A stretch of DNA of 56,017 bases from Candidatus Thorarchaeota archaeon (GCA_029855935.1 JAGSHN010000008.1:1-56017), one strand, 5' to 3'. Shown: positions 8,980 through 19,128, numbered from the stretch's first letter. A program made the numbers and translations. Notes: generated from the sequence alone by a model not told the origin.

Positions 8980-11316
8980 TCATTTGTTGCCCCCATACCT
9001 ATCGCCCTCGGAATGGGCCACAACGTTCCCGTCCGGGTCAATCAGCCACCAGCGGTCCTTCTTGAGCATTCTTCTCTCGACAGCGAGGACATACCTGCCG
9101 GACTCCTCAATCCTCTCTCGAGAGGAGCTATAGAAGGAGCATTTGTCGAGCGGCAACATAGCAATCTCAGGGGTCTCGCCGTCAGGACCTGCCTGTGCCA
9201 CTGTACTCATAGCCTGTACGGAGAGACTGTAGCGAATCAGCGCAAGTGTTGATCCCTCAGCTTGCTCGAGGCGTTTCTGGTCACAACGCGGACACTTGTC
9301 TCTCCCCTCGCCCTCAGGCTGAATGAAGCGGCAGAGAGCGCAACCGTGACCCTTCAGGGACCCTCCGTATGCCTCTACATCCCACACCTCTGCACAGTCG
9401 GGACACACGGGAATCACGATTCCGAAGGGACTCTGGAAGTCCTTGTCGGGCCGTGTGCGCTGGCACAGCCAGCAGTGTCTCTGGTGGCCCTTGCAGTAGT
9501 ACGTTGTCCTCTTTCTCCTACCTGATGTGTCCTCCACCTCCAGCATCTCAGACTTCAGGTAGAACAGGTCCTTGCCAGTCTCTTCCCTGCAGAGCTCACA
9601 TCGGGCAGACAGGCTCCGCTCTGCTATCCTGCCGTCTGCAAGACGCCGGCTCTCTGTGGTGGCAATGACATCTCCTGTCACGTCGCTCTTGACCGCGTGT
9701 CTCTTGCAGAGGTACGTACCGCGCTTCGAGTGCTGCCTCATACTGCTCTTCAGATACATAGCTGGCCTACCCGACTTCGCGCACACCTCGCACTCCTCGG
9801 CGAGGTCTCTCGCAACGGTCTTCCCTGATGCAAGCTCCACGACCTCAGAGGGTGTGTATACCCGGCCCGTGACACTACAGACGGCAGTGTGCTGAGGACA
9901 TAGTGGCGCCCCGGTCAGACTGTGATGGCTCACACTGCTGGCAAGCCACCACGGGTTTGCAGCGCCGTTCTGTGCACACACAGCGCACTCGGATGCCTCT
10001 GCCCTGTAGACCCTCTTGCCCCCATTGACAACTACTGTCTCGTCGGGCTGAACGATGACGCCTGACGCCTCGCACCTGACGGCGTGATCAGGACAGAGGG
10101 GAGCATTCGTGAAGGAGTGGTGAATGACCGCATCAGGGGCAAGCCACGCGCCACACGCTGCGCACTCTATGTGACACTTGACACAATAGGTGCCGCTGCC
10201 ATAGTCGGCCTCCCGGACGCCCGAGGCGAGTGTCACCCTGCCGCAGTTCGGGCAACGGGCCAGTGTCGGAGGAGCTTCGACTGGCCGGCCAAGTTCAAGC
10301 GGGACCGTCGCGTCAAGGTCGATGTCTGCACACTTCAGACGCACGATGGCCGGGTCCTCGATGTGCCAAGCCGCCAGCACGTTGACCTTGGGGCCTCCAT
10401 CAGGGAGCTGAAAGACGAGCTCTCCTGTCACCATAGTCCTCATCCGAAGCACTACTGCTGAGTTCACGGCAATGATGGGCGGGGTGGATATCTCTCTACG
10501 GTACTCACGAATCCTGCGGTCGTGACTAGTGATTATCTCCCTAGGCTGGCCCTCCTGTTTTGCAATCCTTCTCTGCATCTGCTCTGTCCGGAGGCGGCGC
10601 AGCCGTCGTAGAAACGCTCCGTCCTTGCGCTGCGCGTCGAGTATCTTGGCCACGACAACATCGGCTGCGGTCTCGATTGCCCGTTCCACCTCCTCCAGCG
10701 ACATCCTGAGGGAGGGCTCCACCTCTTCGACCGACAGCAATGAGCCTCGCCGTCGGACGTGCGCCCTCTGAATGTCCGGGCTCCAGCTCCATCGGGTCTG
10801 ACCATTCTGGGTGACCCGTGTCACGACAACAGGGAAGACCCCTCTATTGCCACGTGACTCGTACTCCAGCCACACCTCTACCGCGCTGCACTCGGCACGT
10901 TCAGTGGGGTCATCAATCTCTATGGGAGTGGCCCCGACAGCATAGAATGGCGGTGTCAGCCAGTCAAGGAATTGACTCAGATCAATCTCATTCTCGTGCC
11001 GGTACTCAGCATAGTGGACAGGTACGTAGTCGAGCCCTCTTGTGAGGGCCTCCACTAGAGGGTGATGCATCGTGACCAACACAACGGTGGTCGATGGGTC
11101 AACAAAGGGCTCGACCACATCACGGGGGTCGAATTTCAAGAGGTATTGCCCTGCTCCCGGCAGACCGAACACTGATGCTGAGACCTCGTCCAGCACCGTC
11201 TTCAGACCCGGACCAGCCTCCTCGACCTCCACGCCCTGTTCTCGCAGGCGGGCGGAGACGAAGTCCCTGAGCTCGTCGCGCGGGTCGCGAGTGTCAAAGG
11301 GATGTGCTATTGTCAT
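8980..11316 (-). CDS. Cys/His-rich Zn-binding repeat protein; SNF2-partner (YqhG-like position)
   Basis: ATGA overlap with the helicase stop. Central coiled coil, then repeated CxxC...HH/QH...LCxxH...CxxxG units. Confidence 0.7.
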   Translation of the reverse strand: MTIAHPFDTRDPRDELRDFVSARLREQGVEVEEAGPGLKTVLDEVSASVFGLPGAGQYLLKFDPRDVVEPFVDPSTTVVLVTMHHPLVEALTRGLDYVPVHYAEYRHENEIDLSQFLDWLTPPFYAVGATPIEIDDPTERAECSAVEVWLEYESRGNRGVFPVVVTRVTQNGQTRWSWSPDIQRAHVRRRGSLLSVEEVEPSLRMSLEEVERAIETAADVVVAKILDAQRKDGAFLRRLRRLRTEQMQRRIAKQEGQPREIITSHDRRIREYRREISTPPIIAVNSAVVLRMRTMVTGELVFQLPDGGPKVNVLAAWHIEDPAIVRLKCADIDLDATVPLELGRPVEAPPTLARCPNCGRVTLASGVREADYGSGTYCVKCHIECAACGAWLAPDAVIHHSFTNAPLCPDHAVRCEASGVIVQPDETVVVNGGKRVYRAEASECAVCAQNGAANPWWLASSVSHHSLTGAPLCPQHTAVCSVTGRVYTPSEVVELASGKTVARDLAEECEVCAKSGRPAMYLKSSMRQHSKRGTYLCKRHAVKSDVTGDVIATTESRRLADGRIAERSLSARCELCREETGKDLFYLKSEMLEVEDTSGRRKRTTYYCKGHQRHCWLCQRTRPDKDFQSPFGIVIPVCPDCAEVWDVEAYGGSLKGHGCALCRFIQPEGEGRDKCPRCDQKRLEQAEGSTLALIRYSLSVQAMSTVAQAGPDGETPEIAMLPLDKCSFYSSSRERIEESGRYVLAVERRMLKKDRWWLIDPDGNVVAHSEGDRYGGNK

Positions 11317-14300
11317 CCGATGGCCACCCCCTCTGCGCCCTCTCGCTGCGCGTCCTTCTGACGTTCCTCGTCCGCCTCTGTAGGCAACACAATCTGGCGG
11401 CGAGCCTCGAGCTTCCGTGCTGCCTCCATCAGCCTCTTGAACTGGGTCCTCATCTGCTGCCTCTTTATGCGTCCCTCAAGATAGGCGTTGTACAGTTCGT
11501 CGACCTGCTTTGTGATGTCAATAGACGAGTAGAGGCTCACCAAGTCGAGCTCGCCGACTGTCTCTTGGAATAGCAGAAGGTAGTCCTTATAGGCCTCCCA
11601 GAGAGCCTTCTCCTCCTTGAGGTCGTACATAATGGTCGCGACGAAGACCATCGGATTCCTCTGTCTCAGCCGCTGAACACGGCCAATCCTCTGTTCCAGC
11701 TCTACAGGTGATCTCGGCAGGTCCATATTGATGAGGAAGTTACCGTACTGAAGATTCAGTCCACGGGACTGAGCCCGGCCGCAGACCAGGACCTCGATCT
11801 CGCCCCGATTGAACCGCCTCAGCAGGTTCTGCCGATCCATAATGCTCATCCCTGTCGTGAAGCCGTCTATCGCAACACTTGGCATTGCCCGCTTCAGGGT
11901 CTTGAGAATGGCATCGCGACCAAGATTTGTCCCTGCAAACACGATGACCGGAGAGACACCAAGACCTGCTGAGTCAACCTCCCACTCACCCATCTTGACC
12001 TTCTGCCTTGTTGTCTGATGCCTCTTGAGCACATCGATCAGTGCCCTGAGCTTCGGGTCGCTCATCATCCTGCCAGGGTCGCTGAATATCTCCTCAGTCT
12101 CCTGCAGAATGATTCTGATGGCTGACTTCACATCCTTGCTGAATCCTCGTCTGCGGAGAAGAAGGCGCAGCTGAGTCGCCGTCCGTGACTCCTTGCCCGT
12201 CTTCGTCCGTTGGTGAATGGCCAGCGCGAGTTCGTTAACCGACTGAGTGAACCAGCGGAAGAGGACCCGGCCTATACGTTGAACGTCGTCCCCCTCCGCA
12301 AGCAGTTGGCGAATGGCTCTCTCGATCCTCTTCTCGGACTTGCCAAGCTGGACGATGATGTTCTTCGCCTCCCTCTTCGGGAAGATTATGCTGGGCACAT
12401 CTGCCCGCGTATGACGAATCATCACTTGGGAGAGCAGACCGCGGAGCTGCCTGAGGTCCTGAAGGGACGCTGTTGAACCGTATCTCTTTGCGAATTCCCT
12501 GTAGTCTCCAGCAAGGATTGGGTCGATGGCTCGTATCATAGGGTAGATCTCAGATGGAGACCTCTTCATCGGTGTGGCTGTCACAAGCAGGAGATATCTC
12601 GGGTCCAGTCGGTACAGCCTCTGCCATCTACGACCCTCTGGACTTGCCCCCAGCTCGTGGGCCTCGTCAACGACGACGGCATCCCACTTTATGCGACTCG
12701 GCTCGAAGAGCTCCCACGTACTGTCGACATCTTTTGGATAGATGTCGGCATAGGCCTCAGGGATTGGACGGTCCTCAAGAGCGTGCCAGAAGGTCGCGAT
12801 GATCCGCTCGCCCTCGACAGGCCGGGGCTCGCCCGGCTCCCAGATCCTGAAGCCGCCGGGGTCATCGGGTCCGAGGTGGAACTTCTCGTCGAGCTCCGAG
12901 AGCCACTGGTACTGTAGCTCGCTGCTCGGCACAAGAATCAGAATGGAGTCAATCAGGTCACGGTAGATGAGCTCTCTCAAGATTATGCCGCACTCGATGG
13001 TCTTGCCCAGTCCCACGCTGTCAGCGATTATGCATCTGCCGTCGAGGTCCCTCAATGCTCTGAGGACGGTGTCCTCTTGATGCTCGAACGGCTTGATGTC
13101 CAGTGAATAGTAGACCTCAAGCGTTTCGAACCTGATACCAGACCTCGCAAAGGCCAGCATCGACTTTGGCGTGGGCGTCGGCGTATTGATCAGCCGCAGC
13201 CGGCCCCCTCTGACCACCCGCGGTGTCTTCGGTGCCAACAGAGGGTCGCTGGACTTGCAGATGCTCTTGTGGATCTTCCAGAGCTCATAGTTCGTTGTGG
13301 ACCAATAGCAGTTTGGACAGGTGTAGAGCATGATGTCGGATGTCGATCTGGAGCCACCACCACCATCAGTCTGGACATTGGGATGCGCCTCTGCGTAGTG
13401 AGCGTTCAGCGAACTCAGCGGCACCTCCTTCGAGCAGACGGGACAGACCGCAGTCGGGCTCTCATAGACAAGAGGAGTCAGACAGTGATAGCAGAGAGCC
13501 CAGCCCGGTGCGGTCGGCGCCCCACACTCAGGGTTGGGGCACAGTTCGTGGACCTTCTTTCGTCGTAGTCCAGCCACGGTTGCGCGTCGTATGAGCCTCG
13601 CAAAATCGCGGATCGTGGGCCTCTTCTGTGGAGGCTGTTCCCAGCAGTCCCTGCATAGTGATATGAACTCCTTTAGAGCGTGATTGGTCAGTACCCATTG
13701 CGGCCATCCCCTCTCCGGACCCGCGTTTGCGTCTCCGCGAATGTCGCCCTCCAGCACCCAGTAGAACAAAAGACCCAGGGAGAACATATCGTGCCACGGC
13801 TGAGCGGGCGTCCCGGGTACCAGCTGGTCATGGTCTGCCCAGTCCCTTGAGCCCTCGCCATGCCCCAGCTCGCCGATTCTCAGTGCTATGCCAAGGTCTA
13901 TGAGTGCGACTGTGCCGTCCTCCGCATAGAGCACGTTCCGCGGGTTGATGTCCCGATGGACGAGGCCAAGATCCACATGAAGGTGATACACAAGACCAAT
14001 GAGGCGCTGAGCGAAGTTCAGGAATCTCTCCTCGCTGTCCTCTCTGTCAAGAAACGGGTTCTCGCCGTTGCCCCGGTCCTTGAGAATGACCGACAGAGGC
14101 TGTCCCTCATAGTAGCGCCGGTAGGATGTGTATCCGCCGGGGCCGCTGTCGTCCTCGTAGACGGCGTGCTGAAAGCCGGACTTGACAATCTTGGAGAGAA
14201 TTCGATGCTCGCGACGGATGAGATCAGCATAGTCGGGACTCAGAGCACGCTTTCCGACATAGAGCCTTCCCACACTGTCGTTGAGGTCGCGGAAGAGAAC

Positions 14301-14366
14301 TATCTCTGCTTGGCCGCCGCGCGCGAGAACACGTACCTCTTGCCACCTGAACCGCCGCGCCGGCAC
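11313..14366 (-). CDS. Ser/Thr kinase - Zn fingers - SNF2/RapA(YqhH)-like helicase fusion
   Basis: Kinase motifs LARGGQA, VGK, HRDINPRN, DLG and DMFSLG. CxxC and C2H2 fingers follow. Helicase motifs ADSVGLGKT, DEAH, TATP, GLNLQ and QRIGRVQR. Confidence 0.9.
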   Translation of the reverse strand: MPARRFRWQEVRVLARGGQAEIVLFRDLNDSVGRLYVGKRALSPDYADLIRREHRILSKIVKSGFQHAVYEDDSGPGGYTSYRRYYEGQPLSVILKDRGNGENPFLDREDSEERFLNFAQRLIGLVYHLHVDLGLVHRDINPRNVLYAEDGTVALIDLGIALRIGELGHGEGSRDWADHDQLVPGTPAQPWHDMFSLGLLFYWVLEGDIRGDANAGPERGWPQWVLTNHALKEFISLCRDCWEQPPQKRPTIRDFARLIRRATVAGLRRKKVHELCPNPECGAPTAPGWALCYHCLTPLVYESPTAVCPVCSKEVPLSSLNAHYAEAHPNVQTDGGGGSRSTSDIMLYTCPNCYWSTTNYELWKIHKSICKSSDPLLAPKTPRVVRGGRLRLINTPTPTPKSMLAFARSGIRFETLEVYYSLDIKPFEHQEDTVLRALRDLDGRCIIADSVGLGKTIECGIILRELIYRDLIDSILILVPSSELQYQWLSELDEKFHLGPDDPGGFRIWEPGEPRPVEGERIIATFWHALEDRPIPEAYADIYPKDVDSTWELFEPSRIKWDAVVVDEAHELGASPEGRRWQRLYRLDPRYLLLVTATPMKRSPSEIYPMIRAIDPILAGDYREFAKRYGSTASLQDLRQLRGLLSQVMIRHTRADVPSIIFPKREAKNIIVQLGKSEKRIERAIRQLLAEGDDVQRIGRVLFRWFTQSVNELALAIHQRTKTGKESRTATQLRLLLRRRGFSKDVKSAIRIILQETEEIFSDPGRMMSDPKLRALIDVLKRHQTTRQKVKMGEWEVDSAGLGVSPVIVFAGTNLGRDAILKTLKRAMPSVAIDGFTTGMSIMDRQNLLRRFNRGEIEVLVCGRAQSRGLNLQYGNFLINMDLPRSPVELEQRIGRVQRLRQRNPMVFVATIMYDLKEEKALWEAYKDYLLLFQETVGELDLVSLYSSIDITKQVDELYNAYLEGRIKRQQMRTQFKRLMEAARKLEARRQIVLPTEADEERQKDAQREGAEGVAIG

Positions 14367-14373
14367 TGTCGAT

Positions 14374-14847
14374 TCACCCCTTTATCTTGAAGACCCACCA
14401 CGGACCGAGGAGGCCCCACAGAACCTGCCCTCGGCCTACCCCCATAGGCTCACTGCCTGCACCAGCATCAGCAACCCACTTGCCTTGGCTCGACAGGACA
14501 GCCACACCCTGACCGAGCCACCGGACATTGCCGTTCACATTCCAGACCACAAGTGCTGCGCCGTCAAATCGCAGACCGGGGTCCACCATCACGTGATCAA
14601 TATCTGCAATGTCAACGTCTTCAATGGGGAACATTCGCCCAATCCTGACGCCCCTCCCCTCACGAAGGACAAAAGAGAACGTTGCGGGCTGTCCTGGTCG
14701 AATGTCCAGAAGTGTGAGTGAGGGTGCAGCAAGCTCTCTCTGGGCCGGTGCTGCAAGACCTGAACTCGGAGGATGCAGGTCTGCCCAAGAACTCACGGTC
14801 TTTCTGAGCCGCTCGGGGTCAAGGAACTCTGTGACTTCCGCTCCCAA
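14374..14847 (-). CDS. Small FHA-like beta-sandwich protein
   Basis: VRIGR...DVDI and a beta-rich pattern, but no SxxH. Ends 7 nt before the kinase-helicase start. Confidence 0.5.
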   Translation of the reverse strand: MGAEVTEFLDPERLRKTVSSWADLHPPSSGLAAPAQRELAAPSLTLLDIRPGQPATFSFVLREGRGVRIGRMFPIEDVDIADIDHVMVDPGLRFDGAALVVWNVNGNVRWLGQGVAVLSSQGKWVADAGAGSEPMGVGRGQVLWGLLGPWWVFKIKG

Positions 14848-15170
14848 CTAAAGGCACCTAGCTACCGGTTCTTGGGGGACCTGAGCACGCTGACGGGATA
14901 TAACAGTTGTTTGCCTTGACCATCGGATGCGTTCTGGCAGTTCCTCCGCTATTCTCGCCGATTCCCAGTCTCGGCGGGGGATCAGAGACAGTATGACTCG
15001 CTTGGACTGACAACTACTGGACAACTCTGCGAGCGCAGAGGCACTCAAAGAGCGCTTGCGTATTCCGCTGGTGCTAGATAGAGTGACAGTCCCAGTTTCC
15101 AGTTGGAGGATTGTGCAGCACGGGAAAAGAACATTGCTGGGTTCAGCAGACACGTACGGAGATGATGTAG

Positions 15171-15641
15171 ATGGTCTGCTCCAAGTCATTCAGGGCGTGG
15201 GCAATAGTAACAGCCGTTTCGGCTGCATTGCTGGCAAGAATGGCTGGATTGCATCCTGTACTGATTGCCGTCTCGACTGGTCTCATGGGATATGTTCTGG
15301 TACTGCTCGTGCCCAGTATCGTTCTCGAATCGGTCCGCAATCGAATCAGAGTATAGGACGGCGGAAAAGAGATTGAAGAATGCAGCGAGACAAGAATGAG
15401 CTCAGTACTCATTGACTACGCGGAGAGAAGCGTGTTGTTTGTGGCGCTCCTCGTAGGCCACTCTGAGTCATCAGTAACTGTGAAGGACATCTTGAACGTG
15501 ACTGTGGTACTACTAGCTGCGAAACTCTTCAGGAAGACTGAGAAGGGAATCTGTGAAGACTGGTACATTATGGGAACATTTGCAAGCGTTGCAATGGCAT
15601 TCTTCCTCTCGTGGTTGACCTTCCCCGTACTTATGCCGTGA
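15171..15641 (+). pseudogene. Membrane protein (DUF3307 C-terminus-like) interrupted by in-frame TAG at 15354-15356
   Basis: ORFs 15171-15356 and 15396-15641 share a frame separated by a single TAG. Motifs YAER..LF, LLAAKLFR and WYIMGTFAS. Confidence 0.5.
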
Positions 15642-15897
15642 GGAGAGTGGGGGCACCACAGCACAACACGGACAGGAAGAGAGGTCCTATGGCCTGCGAT
15701 TGCATATTCTTCAATGGCCACAGACTAGGTTGGGCTCAGAGACCCTGATCGGCCGAGTCTACTATGTCCCCTAGGCGTGCCATGATTACACCCTGCGTAT
15801 TTGGGCAGAGTCATCGAGGAGGACAAGTTCTGTCTGCAAAAACGCCTTATGCTGCGGCGTACTAGGTCAATACACCGTACTCGCGTGAGGTGGTGCA

Positions 15898-16122
15898 ATG
15901 GTAGAGATCATTGTCCTCATCAATGTGAAGGCTGGGACCGTGGAGCAAGTCTTCAAACACATCGCCAAGATCGATGGTGTGAAGAAGATAAACGTGGTCA
16001 CAGGTACCTACGATATCATCGTGTATGCAGAACTTCCCTCAAGAGCAAACATCAGAGGCTTCATCTCAGAGATTCACGAACATGACGGAATCGACAGGAC
16101 CGAGACCTGTGTCGTCATCTGA
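15898..16122 (+). CDS. Lrp/AsnC ligand-binding (RAM) domain protein
   Basis: 74 aa with VTGTYDII and IDRTET; no HTH. SD-like GAGGTGG upstream. Confidence 0.88.
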   Translation: MVEIIVLINVKAGTVEQVFKHIAKIDGVKKINVVTGTYDIIVYAELPSRANIRGFISEIHEHDGIDRTETCVVI

Positions 16123-16315
16123 GAGACAGAATGTAGGACTTGATGCCGTCCTGTGACTGGCAAGCCCACAACCACCAGTGGCAGTAGGCGTTGTTGCTTA
16201 CTGCTCTTCTTCATTTTGCCATTCCAGACCACTGTGCGCGTCACGCCCGGAGGTCGTCTTGGCCACCAGAAGACATAACGGGCACCGACGAGGGAAGAAC
16301 AGCGGTGAAAACGCA

Positions 16316-16885
16316 ATGATCTGGGTGACACGAGATCACGTCCACGTGGACAGGGTTGCCAGCCCCTGGCTCATTAGGAGATTTATTGACACCGAGGCGC
16401 AGTTTGTCTTTCTGCCACGAGACAAGATCAAGGACTTTGTCGAGGCGACTGGCGCTACTCCGTTTGATACTGGTCTGGGTATCGGTCCGGACCATCACGA
16501 GTGCGATGGCGAGCGGCACTGTACTTTCGATGCGCTTGTGGAGAAATACCATCTGGGGGATGACCCTGCTCTCAAGAGGCTGAGAGCCCTTGTCAGGGCC
16601 GCGGACACGGGAGGAATCGAGAACGAACCACGCGCATGGGCACTGGAGCTCGTGGCGATTGGTGCACCAATGATGACGGTAAACGACCACGAGTCACTGG
16701 AGCTTGAATTTCCGCTGTACGACTCACTCTACACGTACTTCCAGTACGAGATAGTCGCCGAGGAGCACCGTGACCAGATGAGGGCCCTCAGGTCAAGAGC
16801 AGAGCGACAAGCGTTTGCCCGCGAGAAGATGGCCGAGCTCAAATCGAGGATGAAGATCTCTCTTCTTCCGAAGACGCGGGACTGA
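16316..16885 (+). CDS. Chromate resistance ChrB-domain protein
   Basis: WVTR..HVDRVASPWLIRRFID, GATPFD and CTFD. Start moved to the ATG at 16316. Confidence 0.85.
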   Translation: MIWVTRDHVHVDRVASPWLIRRFIDTEAQFVFLPRDKIKDFVEATGATPFDTGLGIGPDHHECDGERHCTFDALVEKYHLGDDPALKRLRALVRAADTGGIENEPRAWALELVAIGAPMMTVNDHESLELEFPLYDSLYTYFQYEIVAEEHRDQMRALRSRAERQAFAREKMAELKSRMKISLLPKTRD

Positions 16886-16952
16886 GCGGCCATGGACCCG
16901 CCAGCAGGGCGACATCGGTGACAGAGGGGTGGGTGGAATCCTGCAAGAGTGA

Positions 16953-17888
16953 CTATATGCCAGTCTCGGGCAATTCGACATCAACTCCCCGACCGCCCCC
17001 ATTGATCAGAGTTGTCCCGGTCACGACGAGCAGCAGTCCCCCAGAGAAGGTCCAGTAGAGGACCTCTCCGAGAATCAGAACAGACATCGCTGTTCCGATG
17101 ACCGGGACCAGATTGATGAAACCGCCGGTCCGTATCGCTCCCAGATGGCTCACGCTCCGGAAGTAGAACAGAAAGCCAAGGAACGTGACACATATGCTTA
17201 GTAACAGGACATTCCACCAGAACACCGGATCGTGCAGGACGGGCAGTCGCCAGGGCTCCTCGAACAGCATGGCAAGTCCAAAGTACAGAGTGCCGAAGAA
17301 GACAGTGATGCCCGTGGTTTCCAGGGGCGGCAGACTCTTCATCGCCTCCTTCCCGATGGACGAATAGAGTCCCTAGCAGGCCATTGCTCCGAGAGTGATC
17401 AGGTTGCCGGGAAGATAGTCGGGCCTGAAGTCGAGGAGAGCCTGGACTCCAATCACGAACGCGACTCCGGCAAATCTGACAAGAAAGCCAGCATATTGCC
17501 ACACGCTTCGCAGACGCTCCCTGTGGATGACGTGGGCGAAGAGGCTTATCATAGCCGGATTGAAACCTGCGATTATGGAGCCCTAAGCGGCCGTTGTGAA
17601 GCGCATTCCGGTAAGAAAGAGAACGCCGTACCCAAAGATGCCCGTCAGACCTGTCAGGGCCAATAGCTCTAGAGCGCGACGTGTGAGTACCGCTCTTGAG
17701 GGACGCCGTAGCACGATGAACATTGCGAGGAACAACAGACTCGCCGTCAGAAAGCGAAAGAAGCCAATGGTCATCGGCGGCGCGATTGCAACGACAATCT
17801 TCGCAGAGACCCACGAGACGCCCCAAAAGAACATAGCGAGGAGCATCAGAAGGTAGTTGCTGAGCGTCTCTCGGTCCATGAGGCTCAC
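16953..17888 (-). pseudogene. EamA/DMT family transporter with two in-frame TAG codons (17583-17585, 17373-17375)
   Basis: One continuous frame, FFWGVSW...FRF...TTAA*GSIIAG...MAC*GLYS...FINLVPV...LGE, with no frameshift. Confidence 0.85.
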
Positions 17889-18004
17889 GGTCCACTTGGC
17901 TGAGGCTTCAGCCGTCTGCGATGCACCTCATAATATGTGCGATGTGTGTAACGGCCACTAGTCAATTGACCAGACTTATAGCCAGTTGTTGATAACACGA
18001 ATCT

Positions 18005-18997
18005 ATGGAATACGTTGAACCACTCTCCCGCGGGCACTCTCGTTACGTGGCGCTCGTTGACTCTGCAAGGGCCTATCTTCGCCGTCGCGACTTCTTGACC
18101 TACTCCACACAGCTGGTGCCTGAGCCCATCGGCTCTGAGACCTGGACCCTCGCGTGGGGATATATGAGAAAATTCGACGACATGCTTGACTCGCCAGAGA
18201 TCAACAAGGCACAGGCGATGACACTTCTTGAGGGCGAGAAGGAGGTCGTGGAACGGCTCTTTTCCGGGGACTTCCGCGTTCCGAGACGGGCGCCTGCCCG
18301 CCACCATCTTCTGGCCCAGTTCTTCGAGAACGAGAGGAGATACTATTCTGGCCGCGCTCTTAGGGTTGTGAAGGATCTATACGAGAGTGCGTGGGGCGAT
18401 GTCCAGCGCAGAGGAGTGATACTATCCGAGAGCATGATGAACAGGCTCCTGTACAAGAAGGCGCGCAGCTTCTTCAAGCTGTATTTCATCTTGGCAGACT
18501 GGGATCTTGGCGGAAGGATTGACCAGTTCTCCTATCTCTTTGGAATGGGCCTCGGTATGCTCGACGACATACTGGACCTTGCCGACGACTACAGGGCGGG
18601 ATACATCAACATCACGAGAGAAGAGATGGAGCAGCTTGATGTGGATCTCAGCCCCGATGACAGTGCATTTCTCCAGAGAGTCATCAATGCGGGCTACCTG
18701 ACGCTCAAGGCAAAGAAGATAATGTCACTGCTGATCAGGGCTCGCCAGCTTGCACGCACAATCACGTCGAGATACGTCCGCTCGTTCCTGCTTCGTCTCT
18801 CAGAGGTCTTCGCTCGACCGATACTCGAGGGCAAGTTCTTTCCGGGCCAGAAGTACTTCTTCAAGGGAGGCGCACTTGCTGAGAGACTCTTGCCAAGAAA
18901 CGAGTCGCTCGCATACAGGGTCGGTCATAGGCTGATGAGTCTGTTCCTCAGGTTTCCCCAGATACCTGCGGCGCTGTTCAACAATTATGCGCTCTAG
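18005..18997 (+). CDS. Class I isoprenoid synthase fold protein (squalene/phytoene synthase-like)
   Basis: Two Asp-rich motifs, RKFDDMLD and LDDILDLADD..G.I.I, in a helical sequence. Confidence 0.65.
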   Translation: MEYVEPLSRGHSRYVALVDSARAYLRRRDFLTYSTQLVPEPIGSETWTLAWGYMRKFDDMLDSPEINKAQAMTLLEGEKEVVERLFSGDFRVPRRAPARHHLLAQFFENERRYYSGRALRVVKDLYESAWGDVQRRGVILSESMMNRLLYKKARSFFKLYFILADWDLGGRIDQFSYLFGMGLGMLDDILDLADDYRAGYINITREEMEQLDVDLSPDDSAFLQRVINAGYLTLKAKKIMSLLIRARQLARTITSRYVRSFLLRLSEVFARPILEGKFFPGQKYFFKGGALAERLLPRNESLAYRVGHRLMSLFLRFPQIPAALFNNYAL

Positions 18998-19128
18998 AGA
19001 CTCTGTCTGAGCAGCTGATAGCGCCACGTAGGCGTGTCTCGCTCGCTTGCGACTCCGCTGAATCGGGTCTGTGACTGAACCGAACCGATAAATAGGCTGG
19101 TGGACGAACGTCTGTTGAGGTATGCGCA

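Noticed and set aside
14374-15189. ORF 14848-15189 ends in TAG directly in frame with the TTG of 14374-14847, suggesting readthrough
   Set aside because: The upstream translation is Ser/Arg-rich and not protein-like, and it overlaps the expected promoter region and the opposite-strand gene.
16981-17895. 304-aa minus-strand ORF spanning the transporter
   Set aside because: Alternative-frame shadow. The EamA motifs are in the frame containing the two TAGs.
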